Assembly: GCF_022539665.2 (NCBI RefSeq)
Contig: NC_081334.1
Span: forward strand, 1,054,001-1,118,000
DNA length: 64,000 nucleotides
Direction: 5' to 3'
From: Daphnia carinata
Lineage: Eukaryota
Below, piece after piece: positions 1 to 14,091 of this stretch (the first letter of the stretch is position 1; every line of letters starts with the position of its first letter). The position numbers and the translations under genes were made by a program. The notes beneath the pieces are model-generated. The model was not told the origin of the DNA. It was given only the letters and a program-made list of their open reading frames with translations, and searched no databases.

Positions 1-1260
1 TAAACAATCGATAATCAAATGTCAGGACAAAGACAAAACGATATCGAGATCACTTCAATCAAACTTTCGCTAAAAACCCCAATCGACTAATCAAAACATC
101 GCCACGCAACTGCTGGCGGTGCGGGTCGCCAGCCGCACGCGCGTTTACTCGCCGTTTGTGAACGGGGCGTGGCGATGCTTCGGGTCGTCAAAGAAAAAAG
201 GGAAAGTTTGATGAAGCAATGTTTTGCTTTTTTTTTCGAGAGTACAAAACAAGAATGCTTGTGGAATTGATCAGATTGTGGTGGGGAAAGAAAATGGGGA
301 AGGAGAAGGTCAGGACAGACGGGAATATGTTGAAACAATCGTAAAAGCAGTCGATGCAAAACGTGTTAGAGTCCCGTACACCTAACAATAGCGTAATCGT
401 AATCAAAGCATTCAATTGATGTTTTTTTTTAGTGCCAACGCGTTGCAAATGAACAGTGAGAAAAAAGAACGAAGACATTCTACGGTAGAAAATAAGATAG
501 TTCATGGAAACCCCGTGAGTCTCTGCAAGCCATCCACACCAAAAAATGCATGCAATAATCGTGAAGACGGTGATTCGTCAAATGTGAAGGTTCCCTTCAG
601 GACAACTGAAACAATCAATCGCAAAATGACGTCAACGTTCACAACGGGGCGAAGGAAAAAAAAAAATATGTTTTCGAAAATATATCAAAGCACGTAGAAA
701 AATAAAGAAAGAAAAAAGGGGGCCTATTAAAAACGCACAATTATGCTTGCCAACGGGTGTGTACGAAAAAGGGACGTTGCGTGAAAAATTTCCAAAGAAA
801 GAAAATTTTTTTTTTTACCACACCCATAGACTAACCGTAAAAAAAAAAGAACCTAATAATAAGACGGACTGGCTTTTTTTCAAGTGGGTCAGTAGGTTTC
901 GCATCGTCGGCAAGCACAATATTGTAGGCGTAAATAAACGAGGCATTTTTCTTTCTCTTTTTTCAACCTATGCGATGTTCCCGTTATCACCCCACGACAA
1001 GAGCGCACCCACGGAAAACGAACACAACGAAACGTACAAACAAAATCACACATCAACTCGAAAAAAAAAAAAAAATAATTGAAAGATAAAACGTGCAAAA
1101 TCCGATCGATATTTCTGTAGATCCAGCGAAGATCCTAGTTGGCAAGTGCAATTGTTTTTGAGCAGGAGGGAATGGGGGAGTAGATAAGAGGAGTAGGATG
1201 TAGAATTTAAAAAAAGAAAATACAAAAAAAACAAAAAAAACCGCGTGTTTATAAGTAAAC

Positions 1261-3234
1261 CGGTGGATCCACCTACAATGGCTGTTCGAGTGTTGAGCTG
1301 GTCCTTGGCCAGAAGAAGAAGTTTGTGTCGCCGAAGTGGGAGTTGCAGTGGTTTTAGGTTGGTGCAATGGCTCTACTTCATCATCGAGGGCCGGTAGCGA
1401 GAGATTATGCGTGGCGGCGCCGGCAAGGCGCCTCCCCACCGAATCCCACCCTCGGCTGATCGTCTCCAGCCCGTCGTCCAGTATAACTACACGTGACACA
1501 CACGACCGTTATACAAATACAAACTTTTCGTCGTTTTTCTTTGGAAAGAAAAAAGACCACGGAAAACACATACGACCAATACTAAAACGAGAAAAATATG
1601 TGGACACCCATTTCGTCGTCGCCCCCTGGATTACAACATTTTCAACTTTCACACATCTCCCAATTTAGATGCGTGTTCCCAAACAAACGAAACCCGACAA
1701 ACAGCTCTAAACTTTGGGGGGAAAAAAACGGGATGGAAACTGTTTAAAACGGACAATAACCCCGCAACATAAACAACAAGGGCATGAACTGAATGCCCGA
1801 TGAAATAAGCCATTTTTTGTTGTTGTTGTTGTTTGATGACAGTGTTAATCAAGTCCCAAACAGTTAAAGTCATCCGTCAGTGTGTGTTTTTCTTTTGAAA
1901 ACACACAGCAATGTCCATCTTTGAAACCAAGTCTTTGGTGCTCCCATTATCCCAGTCGTTGTGAATTTTTTTTGCTCGGGCCAACGAAATGTTGTCGTCT
2001 CAGTCCAGCGCAGGGCGATTTATTAAGATTTTGGGGGTTGACTTACCGACGCGATCGACGTGCCATTTCCAGAAAAGAGTCACCAAGAAAGGTGGCGGAA
2101 ACTGCGAGGAAGACCATCAACATGACGAAAGAGACACCGTACATAGAACCGACGGTCCACGGCTCTGGTAGCGGTGGCCACGGTTTCGGTTTGGGGCAAC
2201 TGCCGGTGCAGTCGACGCAGGAACACGCTCCACTCGTGTTCTATACAGACAAACGGTGGATTCATTTTGTGTTCTTTAATTGCGGCTCAAAGGGGCCACT
2301 GTGAAAGAAATGTTTCGATATTTACACTAATAGCTTCGTAGCATGGAACAGCTTGAGGGTCAAAAGCTTCGATCACATCGGGATTCGGAACCGGTTCGCC
2401 ATGCGGGATGTACTGGAAGTAAATATCGAAGGGAGAGAAGCCACCGCTGCTCATGCCTTGACCCATGAAATCCAGTAGTCTAAAGCGAAACAGGTTCAAA
2501 GAAACAAAAACAATTCGTGAATTTGAATTGGACATTGGGGCAGAAAGCGGTTCTTACCGATGCGGGGAGCAATCTTCGCCCCATTGACCGCAAATGGTGG
2601 GCATGACGAGACTGTTGGACGATGGATTCGTGACTTCCTTGCACGAATCGTACATCTCTGTGACGAACGTGTCATCAATGTAATAGTTAAGCGCTTTGAC
2701 GACAGTCGTCGAATTTGTGATCGGTTCTGGTGTGGCGTGCTCTATGGTCGTGTTGTACGCGAGGAATCGGCTGTGATGAGGATCGCACGTCATTGAGCAA
2801 AAGATCATGCGCAAGTTGCGCGCGCAGCTCGGGCATCGTCCCACCAAATTGAGGGCTTGGCCAAAATTCACGATCAGATCGTTGATTTGCCTCGAGTCGC
2901 AGCAAAAATGCGGCTCTTCTCCAGGACCTGACGAGAACGTTTCAAAATCATTAACCGATCGGCCGAATGATAAACGCGAAAAATCAACTGCAGACTTACC
3001 AAACTGGTCAAGGAGTTCGGGGCACACGGATTCGAGGGCTTGCAAATCGGTTTCAGTAACTGGCATGGCATCACCTTGGTAGGCATAGTTGTAAGCGTAG
3101 TCACAATCGTTACACGTGCCGTACCACAAGCAATGGCCCTGGCTGTCTTTGCTGCCATTGCTTAACACCCTCGGTGACCAAAGGCTGTGATGCTGGCTAT
3201 CGGAATCATGCAACAACTGGAGAGAACCAATCAT
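1261..3234 (-). CDS. NPC1: Niemann-Pick C1-like sterol transporter, 5' part (N-terminal domain, TM1, cytosolic loop); gene presumably continues beyond the left edge
   Basis: Exons ~3216-2558, 2479-2326, 2240-2047, 1486-1261 with GT-AG ends. Cys-rich NPC1 NTD motifs HCLWYGTC, CPEL, CCDSRQI, RCPSCARN, FCSMTCDP, MYDSCKEV, CGQWG, SPFDI, CSCVDCTGSCP, then a Pro-rich linker and a TM helix. Signal-peptide exon not located. Apparent +1 frameshift near 2088-2090. Confidence 0.88.
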
Positions 3235-6200
3235 GAAAGCGTATAATTAGATAAGAGGGAAAATCATGTTCTAAGAAAATATATATATATATACAAGGGT
3301 GGTGTAAAAAAAATCAAAACCTGTTATTTCATCATAAAATGTGCTCGTGTTTGCGACACCTGAACAGTAGCTATAAAGGCACTGGACCGAAACGTCAAGA
3401 GAAAAAAACTGTGCCAACGAGATGTCAACATTTAAAGCATTGCGAAAAGCTGCAAGCAATCGACGCCCCGTTTTGCTTTCTAAAATCTACAGACCAGATA
3501 CATAACAGACGGTACGTACCGTCCACCTTTTCTAAACGCCGAAGAGGGCTCGTTTATGAATCTTTGAAAATGGATAAACAACACTCTCGAGCCGCTCTCG
3601 TGGAAAGTTGTGGGCCAAGGTTAGAAAAACCCAACAGTCTTCCAAAACGTTCCCAACACTTTCCCTTGCGATTTCAAATGACAGACCCATCTTTTTTCTC
3701 AGACCCAAGGTGATCCTTGCGTTTGTCTAGGGCGAAGCAATCCATTTCTTTAGCAACGCTTCAAACCTTTGGATGGCAAAGAAAAATAAGACTTACTTAA
3801 TTTTTGATACACGACAGTTTGTTGTGTTTCGCATGACAAACGAGTCAGATTTCTCTCCCCACAGTTCCTTCTTCTCGAATAACTAAACACCAGCCTACCG
3901 AGCCATAATGGGTTGTTTTCAAAGAGCTGTTGGGGGAATCAACAGACTCTCGATGTCTTCTACATCTTGTCGACCTTCAAACGGATGAGCGTAAGCGTTA
4001 GGCTAATGGAATAGTTAAAAAAAAAAGGGCTTTGGTAATACGCCAGGTGTATTTCAAACACCTGTAAATCCTACAGAGGTGAAGGACTCGTCCATCCAGC
4101 TGTGCAAGCGCTTTTGGTATTCTTCCTCTTTTTTTTTTTCAACACAAGGTCGATCTCTCTTGTTAGCCATAATATTTAATCTAATCAGTTAACTTTCGTT
4201 TTTTTTTTTTTCTCTCCCCAATTTTATGTTTTTGTGTATTTCTTAAAAAAGACACAATTTATCTGGGAAGCTTAAGGGGAGAGGAAAAAAAAACAATTCA
4301 GATTACAAAATTTGTTCTAGAAAAACAAAATAACTAAATAGGTGGTAGCTTTCGAAAACTCGTTCGGGATTACGCTCGGGCGATTTTGACTTTTACTGGA
4401 GGCAATAGGTGGTACGACCTTGAACGCGTAACTCGCACAAGATACAACAAACCAGTTGGTAACGCATTCCAAATGAACCAACCACCCCCCTCCCCCCTTC
4501 CTCTCCTCCCATATTTTGACTGAACAGCCAGGACGAATGCCACGCCTACACAACAATTGTGAGCCTCAATGTGAGCCAACAAAAAATAATAATAAAAAAT
4601 AAGGCTATAGAACACACAAAGAAGGACGTAGATGCTGGAACATTCAGTAAACGAAATGATACATCATCAAGACCATAAAAGCGATGACGTTCAAGAAGCT
4701 TCGCGCCCTTGAAACTTAATCGCCTTAGGTGAAAGGCATTTTCAAATATCCCTCCAAAAAAAAGAACCTTTAAAACTATGCATACGATGTTTCTTGTTTG
4801 TTCAAGATGGGTCAATTGACAATTGCAGTGTCGATAGTTGACCGGAAGATGGCCATCAACTATAATCCCTTCCCGCATACGCGATATCCGCTATCTGTGT
4901 AAACTATACGTTGATTAATCGAATGTTCGAGACCTGACAACAACACAAAAGTGCCGTATGGGCTGGGCAATGCGATTTTGCTTTTTCGTTTGTTGCGAGA
5001 GGCACAACACAACTGCTAAACTATCGATCGACGGCAATGACGTCATGGCTGGACTAAAAAGTCAGAGTGCGTCTTCATGTTTGTGTGCGCGCGTGTCTCT
5101 ATCTACCACCGTCGGGTGTGTAACACTTTTTTTGGAACTTCTTCAAGGTTTCTGGGTCCCGCCCCAAATATTTCTGCCCACTTTTTTGTTTTCGCAATTG
5201 CAACGCAAATGAAATAAGCCACGTCGTGTACTTTTTGCGCACACCAACTGTGTGACACATCAGTCGAATTGGTACACATGTGAACGAAACCGGTTTTGAA
5301 GATTAATGAATTATCTTATTCTTTTCCACTTACTTCGAGATCAGCAGTTTCGGAGCAAACAGGGTTGTGCCAAATGGCGAGTAATGCCAAGACGAAGAAG
5401 GCCACGTCTCGCCCCATTTTACTGTTTTTTCACTATTATTTTCAATCAATACCTGGAGAAATATAACAAACGTTAGATGAAAACATCTCGGCAAGGATTT
5501 TCTAGTAAATTCTAACGCGATTGTTAAGACGCCGAAGGAAAGGAGGTGGGGAGGCATGTTTTGGGGACAGAAGGGAGGGAACGGGGGGGTAACCGGAAAA
5601 CAGGAGATGGCCGGCTGACAGTTAAGCAACTTAAAAAAGGAAAAAAAAAATGCGTTTTTTGGCCGTTACACCAAGACCGGGAAACGGGTTCGCGGTCATT
5701 AACAGCTTCTACTCCCACACAAGCCGAGTTGGACTCGATTTAAGAGTCAAAACAAAATGGCAGCAGACCTGTACTTACTTGTTTAAACTGGCGTGGTATG
5801 AGCCTGTTGACAATCACTATTTCCACGACACACTGATTACTTTGCAAAGTAGTAAGTCTTTCGCACAAATTTTTGGAATTTTTTTTTTTTTTGTATTTCT
5901 TTTTGGCTAACCCGTTGACGCAGGAAAGCTAAAAGAAAACTAAAACTAAAAAAACTTGCACAAAAAAATGGCTCCCGTTAAGGAGAGTCCGCCAAGCTGT
6001 GCCGGAGGTTGGGGGCAGAATGGTTGCCGTTGGACCAAGTAGAGGCGCTACTATAGCTCATAGTTCGATTTCTCTACGCGTCAAACGCCGTTTCGAGCGG
6101 CATATCGCATCCGCCATGTTGTAAATATCATACCCTCCTATTTTAGCTTGGCGGAAGGAAATATAGTTGTATCATCGGCGGGATTGCATGAGAGTGATGA

Positions 6201-9200
6201 CGCATAGTGTTGCTCCTCCTCACGCGGAAGTCTAATGAGAAATCTTACATAAAATATCTGAAAGTGATGTTCGCTTTGATTTCTTTTTAGCGTGGCCCCC
6301 ATCATTTAAGACAGCCATTCTAAAAGAGAACAGGATAGAAAATGATAACAATATAATCCACATCGAACTCTGAGCACTTCCGTGACATTTATCCAATCGT
6401 CCTTACCATTTGTCTTCCTCATTTGATAACAATTGTCTTTTGCATTGACTCCCCTAACCAGACCGAAACAAGACAGAAGCTCTTTGAAAAGATCCAGTAG
6501 CAAACGAGCTAAATGATCTCTTCGTCAACGCCTCATTTTTGCATTTCATTCAAGTTCTTTTTTCTTTTAAACTCATGCTGGTTTCAAGTTATGTAACTTT
6601 TTGAATATTTTAGCGACTGGCAGTCTTCTGGTTTCATTGTGGCTACAATGCCAATGTCTCTGAGCATGTTTACGACGATTAAACAAACACGAAAATACAT
6701 AAAGTTATTGTGGCTTTTACCAGACGGCCTTTGGCTGTCTGAGTAAGGGTCGTTCGATAGCAAACAGAATTCGTAATCAGGGCATCGATCCTTTGCAGAC
6801 GTCATGCCATCAGAGATTAGCGTTGTCTCCATTTTTTCCCATTTTGACGGATTAATCCATGCATTGTTGTTATCTGGTAGGATCTTAAGTTAGTTTCTTT
6901 CAACTTCGAACAAATGAAAACTGAAGGATGAAATCGTTTTCTTTTAAAAGAGAAAAAACAATCCTTCTGTGACCATTAGCAGCAGCTTTATGTATCGGGT
7001 TTTGTCGATATTGGGCCAAATTGATGTAGAGGGCAGGCCTTCCCAACGCCCATTGAGCACAATTGAATCTCTTTGACAATGGCGGACAAGATAACGTTTT
7101 ATTTTCTGGCCCTGTGCGAGTTCAATCAAGCCCATCAGTAGATTAAGAAATAGATCACATGATATCTTGAAAGTAAATCTTCTAAAGATTATAGATAAAG
7201 CAAAACAAAAAAAGAGGTTTTGTCATTCATTTCATAACTAATTTAAACATCATTTGTCCGTCCCTCCCTCCAAAAAAAAAAAGTAACCAAGGCAAGTGCC
7301 AAATTAATGACTCCACCGTACTACGCATAACACGTTCCTCGAACACGTGTCAAAAGCCACTGACGATTGCGAAATGGGAGCCCAGACGATACAGTCTCGA
7401 CAACTGTTTTATTTTTAGCAATGTGAAAAATAAGAAATTGATGATTGTTTTTGTTGATCACATACCTGGCTGCTCAGCGAAAAAAAAGGGGACGAACTTG
7501 GCGCCTCTATAGGCAATTCTAAGCAACACGAGGGATTTTCCCTGCACCACGTTTTCGAATGTCCTCGGTTCTACCTGTTTTTTTTATTGCCTGTCATAAC
7601 TTTGTGATGCAGCAGTTCATTTAAGTAAGAGCTCATGCATTTCTTTCGTCCAAAAGCGAACAAGGGTAAAAGGCCCATTCTTTTTTTCTACTTGAAACAC
7701 CCAATTTTTTGACGCAAATAAAGAAGGATGCTTTATCCTTTCACGCAAGAAAGCCCCAGATACATGAAAAAAGTGCACAGCTGGTCAGCAACGTTGAGAA
7801 TGAGGTCCAGTAGCCCGCAGCGACTCTGACCATCGATAGGGTCTTCTGCAACTGTTGGTAGCAATCCAACATTTGTGAGTTCCAGCTGCTGTTTTTTAGC
7901 AGACGTTGATGCAAAGGAGGCCTCACAACCTGAAAAAGAAGTTGTTAAAGAAAGAAAGAAAAAAGAAAATCTCGTAGAAAATATAGTGGATTCTTACTAG
8001 TCGGACAAGGCTAACGGGTTTGTAGTGACCCAGCGATGGCTCTTTCTTGAAATAAAGAAAAAAAAAAAAAACTCGGTTAGTCACTTTCGTTTTTTTACGC
8101 GATATTTCGTCCGTTGCTCTACAGCTGTTGCCGCCATTGCAGAACCACAAAACCACGGTACGTATATCGTCGTGTGCTACCATCGTCACCATAGCTAAAT
8201 ACTCATTTTGTAATCGAAGAAAGTAGACCCTTTTTTATTTTCATTGCTGCCTCAAAAACGTGTTTTCGAAAAAGAAAAAAAAGAGCATCGTCATCGTTTG
8301 AAAGTGTTGCTGCATGCTTTATAGAGTTGCCTTTATAAAAACAAAACAAAAACACATTTGAACCGGCAATGATTTTGTAAAACCTTGGATATCCTACCTG
8401 CATTTTCTGTTCCTGTTTGTCAGTGAAGGTTTCATTAAGGTCGAACTAGGTGAACATAAGAATCCTTTATCTGTCGCTTTAGTGTCGGTAGGACTTATTA
8501 ATTCAAGAAATAGAACAAATTGAATAAGAGTAGGCTACTACGTATTTTGATGAGATTCATATATTTTTGTTTGTTGACTTGCTGTCGAAGAATTAGAAAA
8601 GTACCTGTTAAAAATGGGACGATTGCTATCTAGCACTTTCAACTTTTGCAACTTGATTAGGACGACTTGCACATATGGAGAGGCCCTAAGCAGAGTGAAT
8701 GTGTTGTTAAACAAGAATACATGCTACTAATTTTTTTTTCCAAAATCTATATAGACAAATCACCGTCTTTTTGTTTTCCTGTGATGGGTTTTATGAATTT
8801 CATTCAACTTCGGCTCTTTATTAGATTTGCCCCGCAGCAGCCATCTTTACGACCACAGTTTCTACGGTGCGTGACCGGGATGGTCTGTTCGTGAATGCAA
8901 GAGGAATGTGATAGTAGCCAAAAATGGGTAGAAGTAATAGGTCATTGGGTGAAGGTCTTACTAGTGGCACCATCCACGACGTAGACTTATAGGTGCGTAT
9001 AATTTAATCCCCATTCTACTTTCAATGTTTCTTCGGACTTTCTTCGCCATCATTAGTTTTTTTTTCTTTTCCTTCTTCACGTGTGCTTTAATCTGTTTTT
9101 TTTATAAGATTGCCACTTGATCTTATTTCCCGTTTCTTGGTAACAGGTTCTTTGTGGTTCACCATTTCCCTCCCTAAGGTTAAAATGCAAAACAAGGCCT

Positions 9201-12200
9201 TTAGTGCCTTACCATCAAAAGCATCTTTTGAAAATGATTCAACAATCCATCGGAGTCATGGCTTAAGACAGACACAATGTTTGCTTTCATAAGTATAAAG
9301 CTGTACATAAAACTATTAATTTATCAGCTAAAAACATAATTGTCATTGTGTGGAATTTCCAGGTCTCGAATTTGAAAGTAACTGGCTATGGAATTAAAAG
9401 CACATATCGGTTGCATGCACAGCTTCTGGATTTGGGTAAGAACAAATCGACACTTTCCTTAGATTATGTGGCCGACACTGTTTACGCGATGTTTCCTCTC
9501 GGAAAGTGTTGTGCAAGTCCCAAAATAGCCGATGTTTACGAAAAGGGCTTACGAAAAGAGGAAATGAAGCAAAATTTCAGTTAACAACATTGTCCGTATC
9601 TTTGTTCTGTGAATTTCAAATTTGAATTCTGAAAATTGTAAATTAGTTTTCTTTCGCCATACCTTATGGCTATTACCGTCAAACAATAACATGAGCTTAC
9701 TGTTTTAGAACTTTGACTATAAGTAACGAATCCTTGGCTAAAAGAATTTAAACAATAAGAGATTCACAGACCTTGATATGTATAATGAGAATCTAGTCAG
9801 GTAAGAGACGTCAACAAAGAAGAACAAACAAGACAAAAAAAAGGAGAGAACTTTCACTCTCGCCAGAGTATGAGGGGTCCCATGAATGGTGCTGGTAGAG
9901 TGCATATACATCACGCATAGATCCGTAGCCAACTTTCACATAGCCGAATGCCACAATCGTCTAGCCATTTTCACTGGTAGCCATCAATGAAGTCTCTTTC
10001 CCGTTCTCTCTAGTCTAAATGTAGAGTCATTCCCAAATTCTTTCCCTCGAGCTATACTGTGTCCTAGTCGCGAAATGATCCTACGAATTTACATAAATCC
10101 TTTTCCATTTGCCATCGTCTCTCCCTATACAAACACGCAGCGTGTTAGGCCCGATATAAGGATTCCACAAGATTGTATGCATTCTCTTCGTTTGAGGTTT
10201 AACTGGTGTGGCTAGATGTTCACTAGACCGAGACTCAAACACGAGTACTAAGGTTTTTCGCGGTTTTCTAGTTTTCGTGGTTTCTCTAATAATGAGAATT
10301 TTCTTTAATGTAGCTCTCGATAATGGAACCTTTGATTTTTGCAAGAGGCCTCTTGAACGCGTATTCATGTTTCTAAAATTAGAATGTGCCAATTCACGTC
10401 TTTTAAATGCTCAACAACGACTGCCAAGTGCCCCATTTAGCTCAAGCAAAAACAAAAAAACTTTGTTTCGCAGCTCGTAAATTTTGATTCTTTAAAATGA
10501 CTTAGTATTGTCATATTTGACCACATACAAAACAAAAACAAACAAGGAAAACCAGAATTTGGTTTCGTTCGCGGATGTCTCTGTAAAATTCGATTTAGCG
10601 ATTGGGTGCGGATGGCCACTGTTACGTTATGGATCGAAAAATTGGTCCAAGTACAGGGAACATTATAGTATGTCATGTTATAAAATGCGATTAGCCTTGA
10701 AACTCTTCGGTTCGTACTTGTTTTCATTAAAGAGAGAGAGAAACGTAAATAAGCAAATCTCAGCAAGAGAAACCATACATGGCCTTTCTTTCTCAAACAG
10801 CCTTGTCTTTTGAGAAACTTAAGTTTCTAAATAGCAACTCAACAAGACGCTGATCCGTGTAATAAGTCGAGGCCAACTCAAGAAAAAGTGAAACAGATGA
10901 AACAGTTTATAGACGATATTCTCTACTAGACTTAAATTTTGCAAACAGTCTAATTTTGGGACGGAGAAATGAAACTTTTATGCTAGGTTGGGAAGCCATT
11001 CTTGTTTTTTTACTGAGCATAAGCGACTCATTTTTCGTAATATCTTTAACTGTGCACTTTGCCTACGATCTTTGGAACCAGGAAGAAATTTAACTAGTAT
11101 CACTTTGGACTGGATGATCGAAACGATAAGAGAATTGTAATAACACATCGCACCGAAAGCAAATGTGCCAATCAAAATGATTGGTTGATATGGCCTATGA
11201 AACTTGGACTGAAAAACAATTAAACCGTAAAGTATGTCGGGTGTACGTTTTCTGTTACGTGCGCTCGACTATATGGAGGTTTTCACATGTTGTTGTTTTT
11301 TTTCGTTTTTTTTTTTTCATTTCCATGATATTCAAAAAGACCAAAATTATGTTGTATATGCTGGGTAATCGCAAGAATAGCTTTATACGGTTGGTGATTT
11401 CTGTTGACGGTCATCGACTCGCGCACACGAACCGTTATAGGACCTTAGCTATGTGTGCCATACAGTCGTAGATTCGAAGCAAACAAATAAAAATAAAAGA
11501 AAACGTACAAATGTAGAGGCCGAAAAAGCTTTCACTTTCATTCCTGGTCTTATATAAGGTATACCGTATAGACGTGATTTGGTGATTAATTGAAAAATAT
11601 TTCACATAAACTAACGTTTTTCATTTTATTTACATCCATTGGAGTCGAAAGCAGTCGAGACGTACATGTAGCGGCAAACAAAAATGATCCACCAATGGTC
11701 ACCCATCTGTCCCTTTTTCGCTAACAAAACTTTCTAGTGATACATTTACAAGAGTTAATTTGATTGCAACTGGTTTAAATTATGGCTGAAGGAAATTATT
11801 TTGTATCTTGATAATTCAGTCAACCGCAATGCGTGCTGCCAAATATCATCATGACTTGGCAGTTATTGCTCTAATAAAAACCTTCACTAGCCTTCACCTG
11901 TTGAATTGCAACGCTCAGAGCTTCTAGTGTTTCATTACTAACAGCCATTTCACTGCTTCGTGGCAGTGTAAGCGTACAGCCATGTTTAGAAAAATTATTA
12001 CTCCATTCCGTTGGTATCCGTCAAAATGTCCCGTCAGCATTTCAAATACTTCTTGCCGTACAATCTGATTGTTTTTTCAATTCGTTATCGTTTTAAAATG
12101 TACGGCCCTTTTCGTAAAATATTCGTGAATTCGAACATCCTGTAGTTGTTACAAACCATAGGCTGATGATTTTGCTTGTATTATGGAAGCCTTGAGCTTA

Positions 12201-14091
12201 TCGTGACTTCGTGATTGAAATCGTTCACGTGACGGACAAATGAAACTTAGCGTATAGCCTATTGCACACCGATCACACTCTTTCTCTTTTTTTCTTTTTA
12301 TCGCAACCACGACGTCAGCTAATGTAGTACACAATGCGACAACAGGATCTAAATGGGGTTATCATCCACGAATGAGACGATGGCAACCAATATCAAAGTT
12401 TGACTGGGTCAAGGAAAAAATGAGTTGACCTTCCATGTTTTCCCCTGTAGTGTTTAAGTAACAATTGTTCTGGTTTCATTCGTTTTTGGAGTGCAGTTGC
12501 AACCCTGTTTGTTGCGTTTATCTGGCTGAAGTTTCGATTAGGAACAAACTTCAGATTTCATTTTGTCATATTAAAATGTGAAGCTGATCAAGTTACTTAT
12601 ATCTGTAATGTAGGCTATTGTGTTAGATTTTCAGTGGTCGGAAACAATTTAATCATTCCTTTACCTTTTCAGATCAATTAGATGAAATCCTTGTTCCGAA
12701 TGAATACCAAATTAGCTAAATCCACCGTGTTGCTGTGTGATTCGGTATAAAGATGGCTTGTGAAAAACATAATCAAAAATGAATTTGATAAAAAAAAAAA
12801 GAAATGTCTAGTCAGTTGATGTATCGACGTCGTTGTCTAATCTGCAAAGTGATCCATCATCCCATAAGCCGTTGATAAGCTATTCTTGCCGATTTACGTA
12901 AGTTACGGTTAGAAATCTGGAATATTTCGTCCAGGAGCAAACAACTTAGATCATTTGGATACCTTTTCTTGATAGTATCCCCCCAACTGCTTGTTAGACA
13001 CTTTAAGAATTGGACAAACCTGATCTGCCAAATGTTTGGTCTTTTTTATTTAGGCAACTACAAGCGTATCAGCGACACTGAATGAATTTGCTGAAGAGAA
13101 ATTAGATTGAAAAAAGAATGGAAATCCTATCAAAGACGTCGCAAAGCCCACAGCAATAAGGAAAAGGCAGGTTTTTTTCGGTTTTTTCAGTCGAAAAAAA
13201 GGGAAAGGAGTGTTTGCTGGAATTAAAACTGATTGCGGAAAGTCTTTTTCATGCGTTCCCTTCTCTCAGACTTAGGTGAGTACTGTTTTGTAACTTGGAA
13301 ATTGTTGTTTTAGAACGACGAACGGACATAGTACCACACACGTTGTTGATCCAACGACCAGTAAAATACTTCGTTAATATTTACTGCCCTATGATAATGC
13401 AGTCAATCCTGGTTTCAGGTTCGTATACCTTTTTTTTTTTTCATGGCAAGCCTTCTTCAGAACAATATTTGGTAGAAGATTTGTTACGCAAGTAGAAAAT
13501 GGTGTGGGCGAAAGTAATATTAATTGTTGGTTTTCAATTTGTCAAACACCCTATTCCGCCTTTTCCCGGTTTCTATGGATTTTTTTTTAAGGTTGACGGT
13601 GAAAGTTCTACGCACACAGAAAGCGTGTGTATAAAAATTGTGCGACGCATTTTGATTTGCGCAGGGCCCTTTCGCGCCTCCTGGCGTTCAGTTTGCACAG
13701 CCGTGAGCAACTGAGCGTTTTACAGCAACGACGGTGTCGAAATTGTTCATGCCCCGCACCTAGCTATAGGTACCACTTTCGTTGTATCAATGTTGAGCAT
13801 AATTTCGGACAGCTGAATCGTTTTGAGCATCGGGGATATTCTGGTTAGGCTTATGCACTTCAATGATGAGGGAACCTATGAGAGAACAACGTTTTCCGCA
13901 ATGAAACGGTTAATGCTTTACATAGTATAAAGTTAAAACCTAGAAGAAGCCATCGTCAGCATGAGCGAAGTTGTATTGACCCTGCAATCGATCAATTCGT
14001 GTGTATTGTAACCGGCCCCATTCTGCGCACCCACGGCCGCCAACCCTCTAGCATCCTTGTCGGTCGCCGGTGCGGGTTCTCAAATCGTGAA

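Noticed and set aside
4317..4615. Candidate NPC1 first (signal-peptide) exon
   Set aside because: No frame gives ATG, signal peptide and a compatible donor without assuming indels in G/C homopolymers.
5914..6085. tRNA-like GTTCGATT with TGACGC...GCGTCA ends
   Set aside because: No D-arm or anticodon arm and wrong spacing; more likely promoter sequence.
6306..8192. Short minus-strand ORFs with some splice-like signals (possible orphan gene)
   Set aside because: I could not join them in a consistent phase and found no recognisable motif.
9600..11000. Possible decayed transposon or ORF remnants
   Set aside because: No terminal repeats or diagnostic protein motifs visible.
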